Assembly (NCBI RefSeq): GCF_039540975.1
Contig: NZ_BAABFL010000478.1
Coordinates: 34,789 to 58,788 of the forward strand
DNA length: 24,000 nucleotides
Reading direction: 5' to 3'
Source of the DNA: Kistimonas scapharcae
GTDB taxonomy: Bacteria; Pseudomonadota; Gammaproteobacteria; Pseudomonadales; Endozoicomonadaceae
Position 1 is the first letter of the stretch; the number at the start of each line of letters is the position of its first letter. Shown here in pieces: positions 8,791 through 16,169 of this stretch. The position numbers and the translations under genes were made by a program. Under the pieces are notes generated by a model, which worked only from the letters and a program-made list of their open reading frames with translations, did no database searches and was not told the DNA's origin.

Positions 8791-9837
8791 GTGAATAAAG
8801 GACAGCATTCAATCCAGGGGATCAGTCTTGTCGAAGCCATGATCGTGCTCTTCGTGATGGGCGTGGTCTCGGCGTTTGCTGTCACTACCTACCAGAAATA
8901 CACGACCCGAGCGAAAGTCATGGAGGCCAGCCAGCTGGCCTATGAGGTCAGACAGGCCGTAGAAGCCCATGTTTCCACCCGTCGGACGTTGCCCTCCAAT
9001 CTGAACCGCGTCTACAGCAGTAAAAATATGAAGGTCGTGGAGCGCCTGGAAGCCATCCGAACAGGACCGACAGAATTCAGAATCAACGTTTATATCAGAA
9101 AGGACGTTTTTCCGGATAAATCCGAGCAGCAGGTCTTTACTTTGCACGGTAATCTTATTGATGGCGCCATTCGCTGGAATGATTGCGGCGCTAATAATTG
9201 TATTACGGATGTGTCCAACCTGCCTGTAACCCAGTCAAACCTGCCCCCCATAGCGACGGCGGGAGATATCGTCATTGCCACTGCACCACCAGCGCCGGCT
9301 CCGGTGCCGGTGCCGGTGCCGGTGCCAGTTCCAACACCGACCCCAGCGCCAGCACCCGTGCCTGCGCCAGTTCCAGCACCCACTCCAGCACCTCCACCGG
9401 TTCCAGCTCCCAAACCGACACCATCGCAAAAACCCGTGCAGGCTCCTGTTCCTACACCGTATCCAGCCCCAACACCGGTGCCAACACCAACGCCATCGTC
9501 TGGGGGCGGCGGTTCAGAAACCTTTGTCACCAAAAACAAGGATCCGATCTGGAGCGATACACACGCCCTGTCCGAGTGCCCCGGCCGCTGTGGCGCAGAG
9601 CATGGCAAGTGGAATGGGCAGTGGTGGACTATCGTCTATGGCAAACATTCTGTGTGTCAGTGCACGCCTCTGGATGTCTTTGTCACAGAAAATACCGCGC
9701 CGATCTGGAGTGATTCGGATGCAGAGGCTAAATGCCCTTCACGCTGTAATGCAGAGGATGGGAACTGGACAGGGCACTGGTGGACCACCGTGTATGGCGC
9801 ACACTCTGTTTGCCAATGCGAAGAGCAGTACCCCTGA
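8791..9837 (+). CDS. Modular type IVa pilin: prepilin N-terminus and small pilin head, Pro/Ala/Val-rich linker, two MVL-like Cys-containing lectin modules, 348 aa
   Basis: - GTG start; leader MNKGQHSIQG then ISLVEAMIVLFVMGVVSAFAVTTYQKYTTRAKV. This gives Gly-1 and Glu+5, a hydrophobic alpha-1 helix, and YQKYTTRAKV resembling PilA YQDYTARTQV.
- Short Cys loop C132-x4-C137.
- Proline-rich linker at aa ~165-236, followed by GGGGS.
- Two ~50-aa repeats, each with 4 Cys and an NGQW/TGHW motif. Confidence 0.8.
   Translation: MNKGQHSIQGISLVEAMIVLFVMGVVSAFAVTTYQKYTTRAKVMEASQLAYEVRQAVEAHVSTRRTLPSNLNRVYSSKNMKVVERLEAIRTGPTEFRINVYIRKDVFPDKSEQQVFTLHGNLIDGAIRWNDCGANNCITDVSNLPVTQSNLPPIATAGDIVIATAPPAPAPVPVPVPVPVPTPTPAPAPVPAPVPAPTPAPPPVPAPKPTPSQKPVQAPVPTPYPAPTPVPTPTPSSGGGGSETFVTKNKDPIWSDTHALSECPGRCGAEHGKWNGQWWTIVYGKHSVCQCTPLDVFVTENTAPIWSDSDAEAKCPSRCNAEDGNWTGHWWTTVYGAHSVCQCEEQYP
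9301..9324 (+). repeat. Perfect hexanucleotide tandem repeat (CCGGTG)x4 inside the pilin linker, encoding (PV)4
   Basis: Read directly: ccggtg ccggtg ccggtg ccggtg at 9301-9324. It is embedded in a longer degenerate CCN-GYN repeat region, ~9283-9498. Confidence 0.95.
9517..9822 (+). other. Tandem duplicated MVL-like (mannan-binding lectin type) modules of the pilin
   Basis: - Module 1 (aa 243-292): ETFVTKNKDPIWSDTHALSECPGRCGAEHGKWNGQWWTIVYGKHSVCQCTP.
- Module 2 (aa 293-344): LDVFVTENTAPIWSDSDAEAKCPSRCNAEDGNWTGHWWTTVYGAHSVCQC.
- The pattern PIWS-D...A...CP..C.AE.G.W.G(Q/H)WWT.VYG.HSVC.C parallels the Microcystis viridis lectin repeat GPLWSN.EAQ...FTGQWTT.V...MSV, recalled from memory. Confidence 0.6.
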
Positions 9838-9848
9838 CCATCAGATGA

Positions 9849-9880
9849 TAAAAAAAGCCATGCCCCTCAGACACATGGCT
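9849..9880 (-). terminator. Rho-independent terminator of the ABC/ARH operon, located between convergent genes
   Basis: AGCCATG (9856-9862), 11-nt loop, CATGGCT (9874-9880). On the minus strand the stem is followed by seven T (9850-9856 are A on the plus strand). It lies 22 nt after the stop at 9902. Confidence 0.55.
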
Positions 9881-9901
9881 CTCTTAGCGGATAATTAAAC
9901 A

Positions 9902-11278
9902 TCAAGAAATCAGTGCAACCGTCTGACGCGCCAACTCAGAAATCCGGACTTTCTCATAACCCGGCACGTAGGTTTCCAGCTGGTCGGCCAACGGTTCTGC
10001 CCACTCTGGTGTCACACAGGCTGGGTTCATCACACCCAGCACGGTTCCCACTTCACCGGCATTGCAATCCACATCTTCACCGCAATCCCCCAGGATCCGC
10101 ATGGCGCGGGTAAAGTTGTTGTCGCAGAACCACAGCGAAAGCACAACCGCTACCATATTCGGGAACGTATGAATCCAGTTGTAAGTTCGCAGTTCATTCT
10201 GCTTCATGGACTGCCAGACTTCCCGATGATCGCCATATTGCTCAGACAATTCGACGGTCCGGTCAAACAGATGCGCAAATAACGTGTTATCGGGAATATA
10301 ACCGCGGGAAGCCCGCACAACGGCACGGGCATCATCCATGATAAACGCCAGTGAGGTCAGAACCGCTGCATGGATTCCGCCATATACACCGTTTTTCTCA
10401 TGGGAGATCACACTGTCGCGATACGCCAGCTCAGCAGCCCGCCAGGGTTTGCCGGGCGCAAGCATGCCGTGAACCATGGTGCGCATCTGGGCACCAATCC
10501 ATTCCGAGTAAAAATTCAAACAGGTTCCTGACTGCGGCGGCATAATGCCACGGCGCAGGTTCTCCAGCGCAAAGTGCTCAGCAGACCAGCCATAGGGAAT
10601 ATAACGCAGCCACTCTTCCGCGATATCCTGGCTGGAAAAATTCGCATTCTTCCGTGCCGCTTCAAGGACACACAGTTCATAGGTCACATCATCATTCATG
10701 GTTTCCGGTTCCCGGACATAGCCGTTCAACCGATCCCCATAAAACGCATTCAGCTGTTCGCCCGAAAAACCTTCCAGCGCTGTGCCATAAGCACCACCGG
10801 CAATCTGACCCAGCCAGCCGCCATAAACTTTCTCACTCAGGCAATGGCCAGCCGTATCACCATCCAGCTTATCCACTGCCGGGCAAGCCGCGCGGATCGC
10901 CTCAAACGTTTCCGGTGCCTGATATTGCCAGTACACACTGCTTTCATCTTTAGGGGCATTAGCAAGGGCCTGCTGGATTCTCGCCCCCAGCACTTCCATG
11001 GTTCCGTGATCATTCTGTTCACGGGCATCACGGCCGACGGAGAGCCATTGTTCCGCTTCACTGACATCGTAGCCCCTGTTGTGCCAGGCCTGAATCATTT
11101 CCATGAAGGGGATTTCCGGCGCATTGGAACCGGGTACTTCACTTTTCCAGAACTTGGCCATCATGTTGCGGCGAGCCTTCAGAATGCCGTCCACAAACGA
11201 CCAGTCGGAAGGTTTTTCCTCAAACGGCTTGGGTACCGCATTCAGACGAATATCCCGGTCTTGTTCCCAGGCTTTCAT
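9902..11278 (-). CDS. ADP-ribosylglycohydrolase (ARH/DraG) family protein with ~150-aa N-terminal extension, 458 aa
   Basis: ARH-family blocks are GGWLGQIAGGAYGTALEG (motif 1), TMNDDVTYE (metal-binding DD), HEKNGVYGGIHAAVLTSLA and CGEDVDCNAGEVGTVLG (equivalent to GGDTDT.A). The start overlaps the upstream permease stop by 4 nt (ATGA, 11275-11278). Confidence 0.8.
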   Translation of the reverse strand: MKAWEQDRDIRLNAVPKPFEEKPSDWSFVDGILKARRNMMAKFWKSEVPGSNAPEIPFMEMIQAWHNRGYDVSEAEQWLSVGRDAREQNDHGTMEVLGARIQQALANAPKDESSVYWQYQAPETFEAIRAACPAVDKLDGDTAGHCLSEKVYGGWLGQIAGGAYGTALEGFSGEQLNAFYGDRLNGYVREPETMNDDVTYELCVLEAARKNANFSSQDIAEEWLRYIPYGWSAEHFALENLRRGIMPPQSGTCLNFYSEWIGAQMRTMVHGMLAPGKPWRAAELAYRDSVISHEKNGVYGGIHAAVLTSLAFIMDDARAVVRASRGYIPDNTLFAHLFDRTVELSEQYGDHREVWQSMKQNELRTYNWIHTFPNMVAVVLSLWFCDNNFTRAMRILGDCGEDVDCNAGEVGTVLGVMNPACVTPEWAEPLADQLETYVPGYEKVRISELARQTVALIS

Positions 11279-12222
11279 ACTGCAACTGCCTCTTTATCCA
11301 TACCGGCCTGCTGGCTGGTATTTACTTGTTTTCCGTTTCGTTTCTGTTTTTCCCGGGAATACCAGTACAGCGCCAGCAAGGTCACGATATACGGCACCAT
11401 CTGGGTAAATTCAGAAGGAATGATGGAATCCTGCAACGCGAATCCAAGACCATCCGTAAAACCGAACAGCAGGGACATGACCAGGATACCGATGGGACGT
11501 CCACGGGTCAGGATGATCACGGCCAGGGATATCCAGCCCCGTCCGTTCGACATATCTTCAGCAAAAAGGCGAACATAGCCCAGTGACAGGAACACACCTG
11601 CCAGACCACAGAGAGCTCCGGACAACAGCAGCGACTGGATCTTGAGCCGGTCGGAACTGATACCCACGGCATCCACAGCCCGGCTTTCTTCACCTGCCGC
11701 CCGCAGTCTTAGACCGAAGCGGGTATGGAACAGGTGGAAATGCACCAGGAAAACAACGACAAATGTCATATATAACAGAAAGGGGTGACCGCTCACGATA
11801 TCGCCAATAACCGGGATATCCTGCACCAGCGGGATATTCCAGACGGGCAAACCCTCGATGCGCGGAGACACAAACGCACCTTTTACATGAAACAGCTGTC
11901 GTAGAAGATAGGTTGTGCCGCCTGCTGCCAACAAGTTCATGGCGATACCAGTGACAAATTCATCCGTTTTCATTTTCACGGCAAAAAAGGCTGTCACGGA
12001 CGCCGCCAGCAAACCGCCTGCCATACCGAACAACAAACCGCCCATCCAGGACCCGGTCACGTAACTGCCCGCTACGGCACAAAAAGCACCTATCAACATC
12101 ATCCCTTCCATGGCGATATTGAAAACATTGGCGTGATGGGTATACAAACCACCCAGTGCCGCCAGCAGAATCGGCACCGCAGCAGGCAGGGTTGCGCGGA
12201 ACAACTCAAGAAACAGATCCAT
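11275..12222 (-). CDS. ABC transporter permease (BMP/nucleoside-type importer, second permease), ~315 aa
   Basis: Multi-span hydrophobic protein of the branched-chain/sugar (BPD_transp_2-like) permease type. I prefer the ATG at 12222 (MDLFLELFRATLPAAVPILLAALGG), which overlaps the upstream permease stop (12206) by 17 nt, over the upstream in-frame ATG at 12276 used by the ORF track. Confidence 0.85.
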   Translation of the reverse strand: MDLFLELFRATLPAAVPILLAALGGLYTHHANVFNIAMEGMMLIGAFCAVAGSYVTGSWMGGLLFGMAGGLLAASVTAFFAVKMKTDEFVTGIAMNLLAAGGTTYLLRQLFHVKGAFVSPRIEGLPVWNIPLVQDIPVIGDIVSGHPFLLYMTFVVVFLVHFHLFHTRFGLRLRAAGEESRAVDAVGISSDRLKIQSLLLSGALCGLAGVFLSLGYVRLFAEDMSNGRGWISLAVIILTRGRPIGILVMSLLFGFTDGLGFALQDSIIPSEFTQMVPYIVTLLALYWYSREKQKRNGKQVNTSQQAGMDKEAVAV

Positions 12223-13291
12223 GAACCCTCTCCTCAGCCGGCTGCCGGGTGGTGGCCAGCGCATCACTGGCGACACGACGGGCGATCAACTGGTTCACCA
12301 ATCGCCGTGAAACCTCCCGCGACGCAACAACAAACAACACGATAATGGCCTGGAAGACCATGATGAATTCAGACGGCACCCGGGTTTCCAGCTCCATGCC
12401 CAGTGCGCCATTTTGAAGGACAGCAAACAACAGCGCGTACAAAGATGTCGCCAGTACCTGACAGTTGGCGATAATCGCCAGCATGACGCCATCCCAGCCA
12501 TAAGTACCACCAATACCGATCAGGAACTGATGCTGAATGCCACCCATAATCAGCAACCCGCCTGCCAGACCGGCCAAAGCACCAGAAATCATCATGGCAC
12601 GGGTGAAATTCTCCCGATTATGGCAACCACCGATCCGGGTAAAGACCGGGTTCAATCCCATCATCCGCATTTCATAGCCGGCACGTGACCGGTTCCAGAG
12701 GATATAAATGCCTCCCAAAGCGACCAGTGCGACAAGAATCGAACTGCTGATACTACCCAACGCCGGTAGATGGCCACCATCGGCAATCGGCGGCGACATC
12801 GGGGTATTGGCATTGGCCATCTTGACGGGGCCGCGCACCATCCACAGGGTAAAGTACTCCGCCAGGAAGTTGAGCATCAGGGTTGAGATGAACTCATTCA
12901 TGTTAAATCGATTGCGCAGCCAGGCTGCGATACCACACCACAGTCCACCAGCGATAGCAGCTGTGGCTAACAACAACGGCAGCATCAATGGCGCCGGCAG
13001 ATCCACGACCAATCCAACCGTGGTCACCGCCATGGCGCCCATCAGCACCTGCCCCAACTGCCCCAGGTTGACAGCGTTGCTGCCAAAGGCAGCAGTGGCC
13101 GACAATCCCGTCAGTATCAGCGGCGCCGCACGTTGCAGGGTGCCACCCAACGACATTTCCGACATCAGGCTGTATTCAATCAGCGCCATGAAGCCACGCG
13201 GTGCGTCATAGCCCTGTGCAGCCAGAATGGCCATACCTGCCAAAAAGGCACAGAGCACACCAGCCAGGGCGATTAACAGGTCTTTTTTCAT
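12206..13291 (-). CDS. ABC transporter permease (BMP/nucleoside-type importer, first permease), 361 aa
   Basis: About 8-10 hydrophobic helices, in operon context. ATGA overlap with the ATPase gene stop at 13288-13291. Confidence 0.85.
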   Translation of the reverse strand: MKKDLLIALAGVLCAFLAGMAILAAQGYDAPRGFMALIEYSLMSEMSLGGTLQRAAPLILTGLSATAAFGSNAVNLGQLGQVLMGAMAVTTVGLVVDLPAPLMLPLLLATAAIAGGLWCGIAAWLRNRFNMNEFISTLMLNFLAEYFTLWMVRGPVKMANANTPMSPPIADGGHLPALGSISSSILVALVALGGIYILWNRSRAGYEMRMMGLNPVFTRIGGCHNRENFTRAMMISGALAGLAGGLLIMGGIQHQFLIGIGGTYGWDGVMLAIIANCQVLATSLYALLFAVLQNGALGMELETRVPSEFIMVFQAIIVLFVVASREVSRRLVNQLIARRVASDALATTRQPAEERVHGSVS

Positions 13292-14838
13292 GCGGCTTTC
13301 TCCCTGGAGCCCAACATGTACTCCCCAACCTGCTCCCGCGTGACGTCAGCCGGGTTGAGATCCGCCACAATACTTCCCTCATAAATAACCAGTATCCGGT
13401 CACTCAGGCTGAACAACTCATCCAGATCGGCAGAAATCAGGAAACAACCTGCACCCGCATCCCGCTTTTCCACTATGCGCTGCTGAATGTATTCAATGGA
13501 ACCCACATCCAGTCCGCGTGTTGGCTGATCAAGAATGATGAAGCGGTTATCTAATTCAAATTCCCGCCCGACGATGATCTTCTGCTGGTTACCGCCTGAA
13601 AGATCACCAATCGCCGTCTCCGGCCCTGCAGCCACGACACCGAAGTGTTGCATCAGTTGTTGGGTAAATTCACGACACCGGCTCCGTGACAGTAATCCCT
13701 TCTTGCCATTCCCAAGTGAAGGATTGCTGTAGTGATGGGTCATTACCGCATTATCAATAAGGCTGGATTTCAGTGAGCTGCCGGATATTTTGCGATCCTG
13801 CGGCACGTACGACATCAGTCGACGGCGAGAGCGAATATCACAATCAGTAATATCCTGACCTGACAGGTAAATACGGCCAGCAGCGACAACCGCCTGCCCT
13901 GTCATTACCTGAACCAGCTCAAACTGACCATTACCTTCTACACCGGCCAACCCGACTATTTCACCGGCACGCACCTGCAGGCTGATCTCATGGAGGCGTA
14001 ATTTTTCCTGCGAATCCCGCGCTTCCACCAGTTCCATTTCAAAGACGGTATTACCGGGTGCTGCCGGTGCCTTGTCGATCGCAAAGACCACGTCACGCCC
14101 AACCATGGCACGGGCCAGATCAGCCTTGGTCAGTCCCGGTGTATTCCGGAAGGTCCGAATATGCTGCCCCTTACGCATGACCGTGATCGTATCGGAAAGC
14201 GCCAGCACCTCGTCGAGCTTATGACTGATAAACACGACGGTTTTACCATAATCCCGCAGGGCCTTGAGTCGCTCGAACAGCTGACGGATTTCCTGTGGCG
14301 TGAGGACGGCGGTGGGCTCATCCATGATCAAGACGTCTACGTCCCGATAAAGCAGTTTCAGAATTTCTACTTTCTGCTGGGCAGCAACGGACAGATCTTC
14401 CACCTTATCGGTCACACGCAGATTCAGTGCATACTGGTCAGCGATGGCCTGAACAGCCTCAATATCCTTCTGCCGATTCAGAATACCGGCAGACCAGCGG
14501 CCAGAACGCTTGACCGATTCCATTCCCAACACCACGTTTTCATAAATGCTGTAGGACGGCACCAGCATGAATTCCTGATGCACCATCCCAATACCCGCAG
14601 CAACTGCTTCCATGGGGTTGCGAAAAGCGACCTGCTGACCGCGGTACCACATTTCTCCTCCGTTGATGCTGTTTATGCCGTATAACACTTTCATCAGCGT
14701 GGATTTGCCCGCACCGTTCTCGCCTATCACAGAATGGATTTCACCGGCATTGATCGTGACGGAGACGTCATTCAACGCCAGTGTCGCTGGCGGATACACC
14801 TTAACCAGGTGTTTCAGTTCAATAAGGGGATCAGACAT
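13288..14838 (-). CDS. ABC transporter ATP-binding protein with duplicated ATPase domains (sugar/nucleoside importer type), 516 aa
   Basis: - Domain 1: Walker A GENGAGKST, signature LSVAAQQKVEI, Walker B LIMDEPTAVL.
- Domain 2: degenerate P-loop GVEGNGQFEL, signature LSGGNQQKIIV, Walker B IILDQPTRGLD.
- AGGAG lies 6 nt upstream of the ATG. Confidence 0.92.
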   Translation of the reverse strand: MSDPLIELKHLVKVYPPATLALNDVSVTINAGEIHSVIGENGAGKSTLMKVLYGINSINGGEMWYRGQQVAFRNPMEAVAAGIGMVHQEFMLVPSYSIYENVVLGMESVKRSGRWSAGILNRQKDIEAVQAIADQYALNLRVTDKVEDLSVAAQQKVEILKLLYRDVDVLIMDEPTAVLTPQEIRQLFERLKALRDYGKTVVFISHKLDEVLALSDTITVMRKGQHIRTFRNTPGLTKADLARAMVGRDVVFAIDKAPAAPGNTVFEMELVEARDSQEKLRLHEISLQVRAGEIVGLAGVEGNGQFELVQVMTGQAVVAAGRIYLSGQDITDCDIRSRRRLMSYVPQDRKISGSSLKSSLIDNAVMTHHYSNPSLGNGKKGLLSRSRCREFTQQLMQHFGVVAAGPETAIGDLSGGNQQKIIVGREFELDNRFIILDQPTRGLDVGSIEYIQQRIVEKRDAGAGCFLISADLDELFSLSDRILVIYEGSIVADLNPADVTREQVGEYMLGSREKAA

Positions 14839-14869
14839 CAGGGGCTCCTGACAGACCGGGTATAACAGC

Positions 14870-14889
14870 GGCCTCCGCAGAGGGAGGCC
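14870..14889 (-). promoter_or_regulatory. GC-rich intercistronic hairpin between the binding-protein gene and the ATPase gene
   Basis: GGCCTCC (14870-14876), loop GCAGAG, GGAGGCC (14883-14889). It lies in the 65-nt gap between the stop at 14904 and the start at 14838. Confidence 0.45.
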
Positions 14890-14903
14890 ATAGGTGAAAA
14901 CAA

Positions 14904-15962
14904 TCAGGCGCCCTTGTAAGGCTCTACCACAATCTCGCCGGCAACGACTTTAGCCTTGACAGTCTCAAGCTGCTCCAACATCGCGGCTGGCATAATCGCA
15001 CGGCTGTGTTCATCAATCGCCAAACCCACGCCATCCTGCGCCAGCCCGGAATAAATCACCGCTCCCTTTTCAAAGGTACCGTTTTCCATAGCAGCAAATG
15101 TGTCGTAGATTGCGTTGCCTACATTTTTGAGCATCGACGTTGGGATATGACCTGGTTTGATGCCGTTCTGGTTGGAATCCACACCGATGGCATAGAGACC
15201 ACTTTCCGCTGCGGCTTCAAGCACACCCGTACCGGTCAAAGCCGCCACCTGGAACACGACATCAACACCCTGTGAATAAAGTTGCTTGGTCGCCTGCTTG
15301 CCTTTGACGGGGTCAGACCAGCTGCCAACATAGATATTTTTATATTCAATCGTGTCATCAATGTAAGCAACACCCTGACGGAAACCATGCAGGAAAGCAT
15401 TAACGACCACGTCATTCATACCGCTGACTGTTCCGACTTTTTTCTCCTCGTTTATGCCCTTGATGGACGGATCAGACGTCATTAATGCCGCTGCGACACC
15501 CGCCATGAAGGAACCTTCTTCCTCAGAGAAGTTGATGCTGGTAATCGTACCCTTGCTGTTTTCCACGACAGTATCAATGTTTACAAAGGTAATATCCGGA
15601 TAACGATCCGCATACTGACGTACCAGTTCTTCATAGCCATAGGAAATCACATAGATCACGTCAGCACGCCATTTGACGGCAGATTCCAACGACTGTGGGT
15701 ATTTGGCTGCGTCAAAGTTGTTTTCAATCGTGATGGTCTCAATGCCGTAATCCGCTACCAGACGATTGATACCTGCCTGACCGGAGTCATAGAATGACTG
15801 ATCACCCAGTGCACCATTCAGCACATAAGCGACACGAACCGGGTCTTTACCCTTTTCCTGACCATCTGCAGCCGTTTCACCGCTGTCGCTGCAGCCTGCG
15901 ATCAACACGGCCATACAACTGCCCAGAACCAGACTCCAGATCGACTGCCAGCGCTTAAACAT
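14904..15962 (-). CDS. BMP-family (basic membrane protein / PnrA-Med-like) ABC substrate-binding lipoprotein, ~352 aa
   Basis: Signal peptide with lipobox LIAGC (MFKRWQSIWSLVLGSCMAVLIAGCSDSG). The mature part has the periplasmic-binding fold pattern typical of BMP/PnrA nucleoside binders. I chose the start at 15962 because GGAG lies 7 nt upstream; the ORF track start at 15986 is also in frame. Confidence 0.85.
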   Translation of the reverse strand: MFKRWQSIWSLVLGSCMAVLIAGCSDSGETAADGQEKGKDPVRVAYVLNGALGDQSFYDSGQAGINRLVADYGIETITIENNFDAAKYPQSLESAVKWRADVIYVISYGYEELVRQYADRYPDITFVNIDTVVENSKGTITSINFSEEEGSFMAGVAAALMTSDPSIKGINEEKKVGTVSGMNDVVVNAFLHGFRQGVAYIDDTIEYKNIYVGSWSDPVKGKQATKQLYSQGVDVVFQVAALTGTGVLEAAAESGLYAIGVDSNQNGIKPGHIPTSMLKNVGNAIYDTFAAMENGTFEKGAVIYSGLAQDGVGLAIDEHSRAIMPAAMLEQLETVKAKVVAGEIVVEPYKGA

Positions 15963-16060
15963 GATTTTCTCCGCACAGGAACGCATGCAATGGTTTCAAC
16001 CAACCAGTCCTTTGAACTGATCGGTTAACCGCCACGTATAGAAGGAAATAAATTGCGCGG

Positions 16061-16104
16061 ATTATGACGAGCAAGCCCACTGTTCATCTTTGATAAAAAT
16101 CAAA
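16061..16104 (-). promoter_or_regulatory. Perfect FNR-consensus palindrome plus -10-like hexamer upstream of the ABC/ARH operon
   Basis: TTTGATAAAAATCAAA at 16089-16104 contains an exact TTGAT-N4-ATCAA (16090-16103). Minus-strand CATAAT lies at 16066-16061. Centre-to-centre distance is 33 nt, close to class II geometry. The operon start codon is at 15962. Confidence 0.55.
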
Positions 16105-16169
16105 CAGATTGCATTCAAGACAAACAAAAACAACCATTTTTAGGGATTATTTGTCAGCTGGCAGTGTTT

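Noticed and set aside
9090-9898. Three long ORFs in the track (9090-9608 minus, 9198-9713 plus, 9275-9898 plus) overlapping the pilin gene
   Set aside because: They are products of the low-complexity CCN-GYN repeat tract, which stays open in several frames. Their translations are Gly/Arg/Cys/His-rich nonsense with no motifs. The pilin frame shows a coherent signal, linker and duplicated Cys modules.
10574-11578. 334-aa plus-strand ORF antisense to the ARH and permease genes
   Set aside because: It spans the junction of two well-supported minus-strand genes. It has no recognisable motifs and an Arg/Phe/Ile/His-rich composition typical of antisense frames, and no start context. Similar cases rejected for the same reason are 6723-7349 (+) inside the FNT gene, 20614-21372 (-) inside uvrA, 12708-13211 (+) and 14161-14685 (+).
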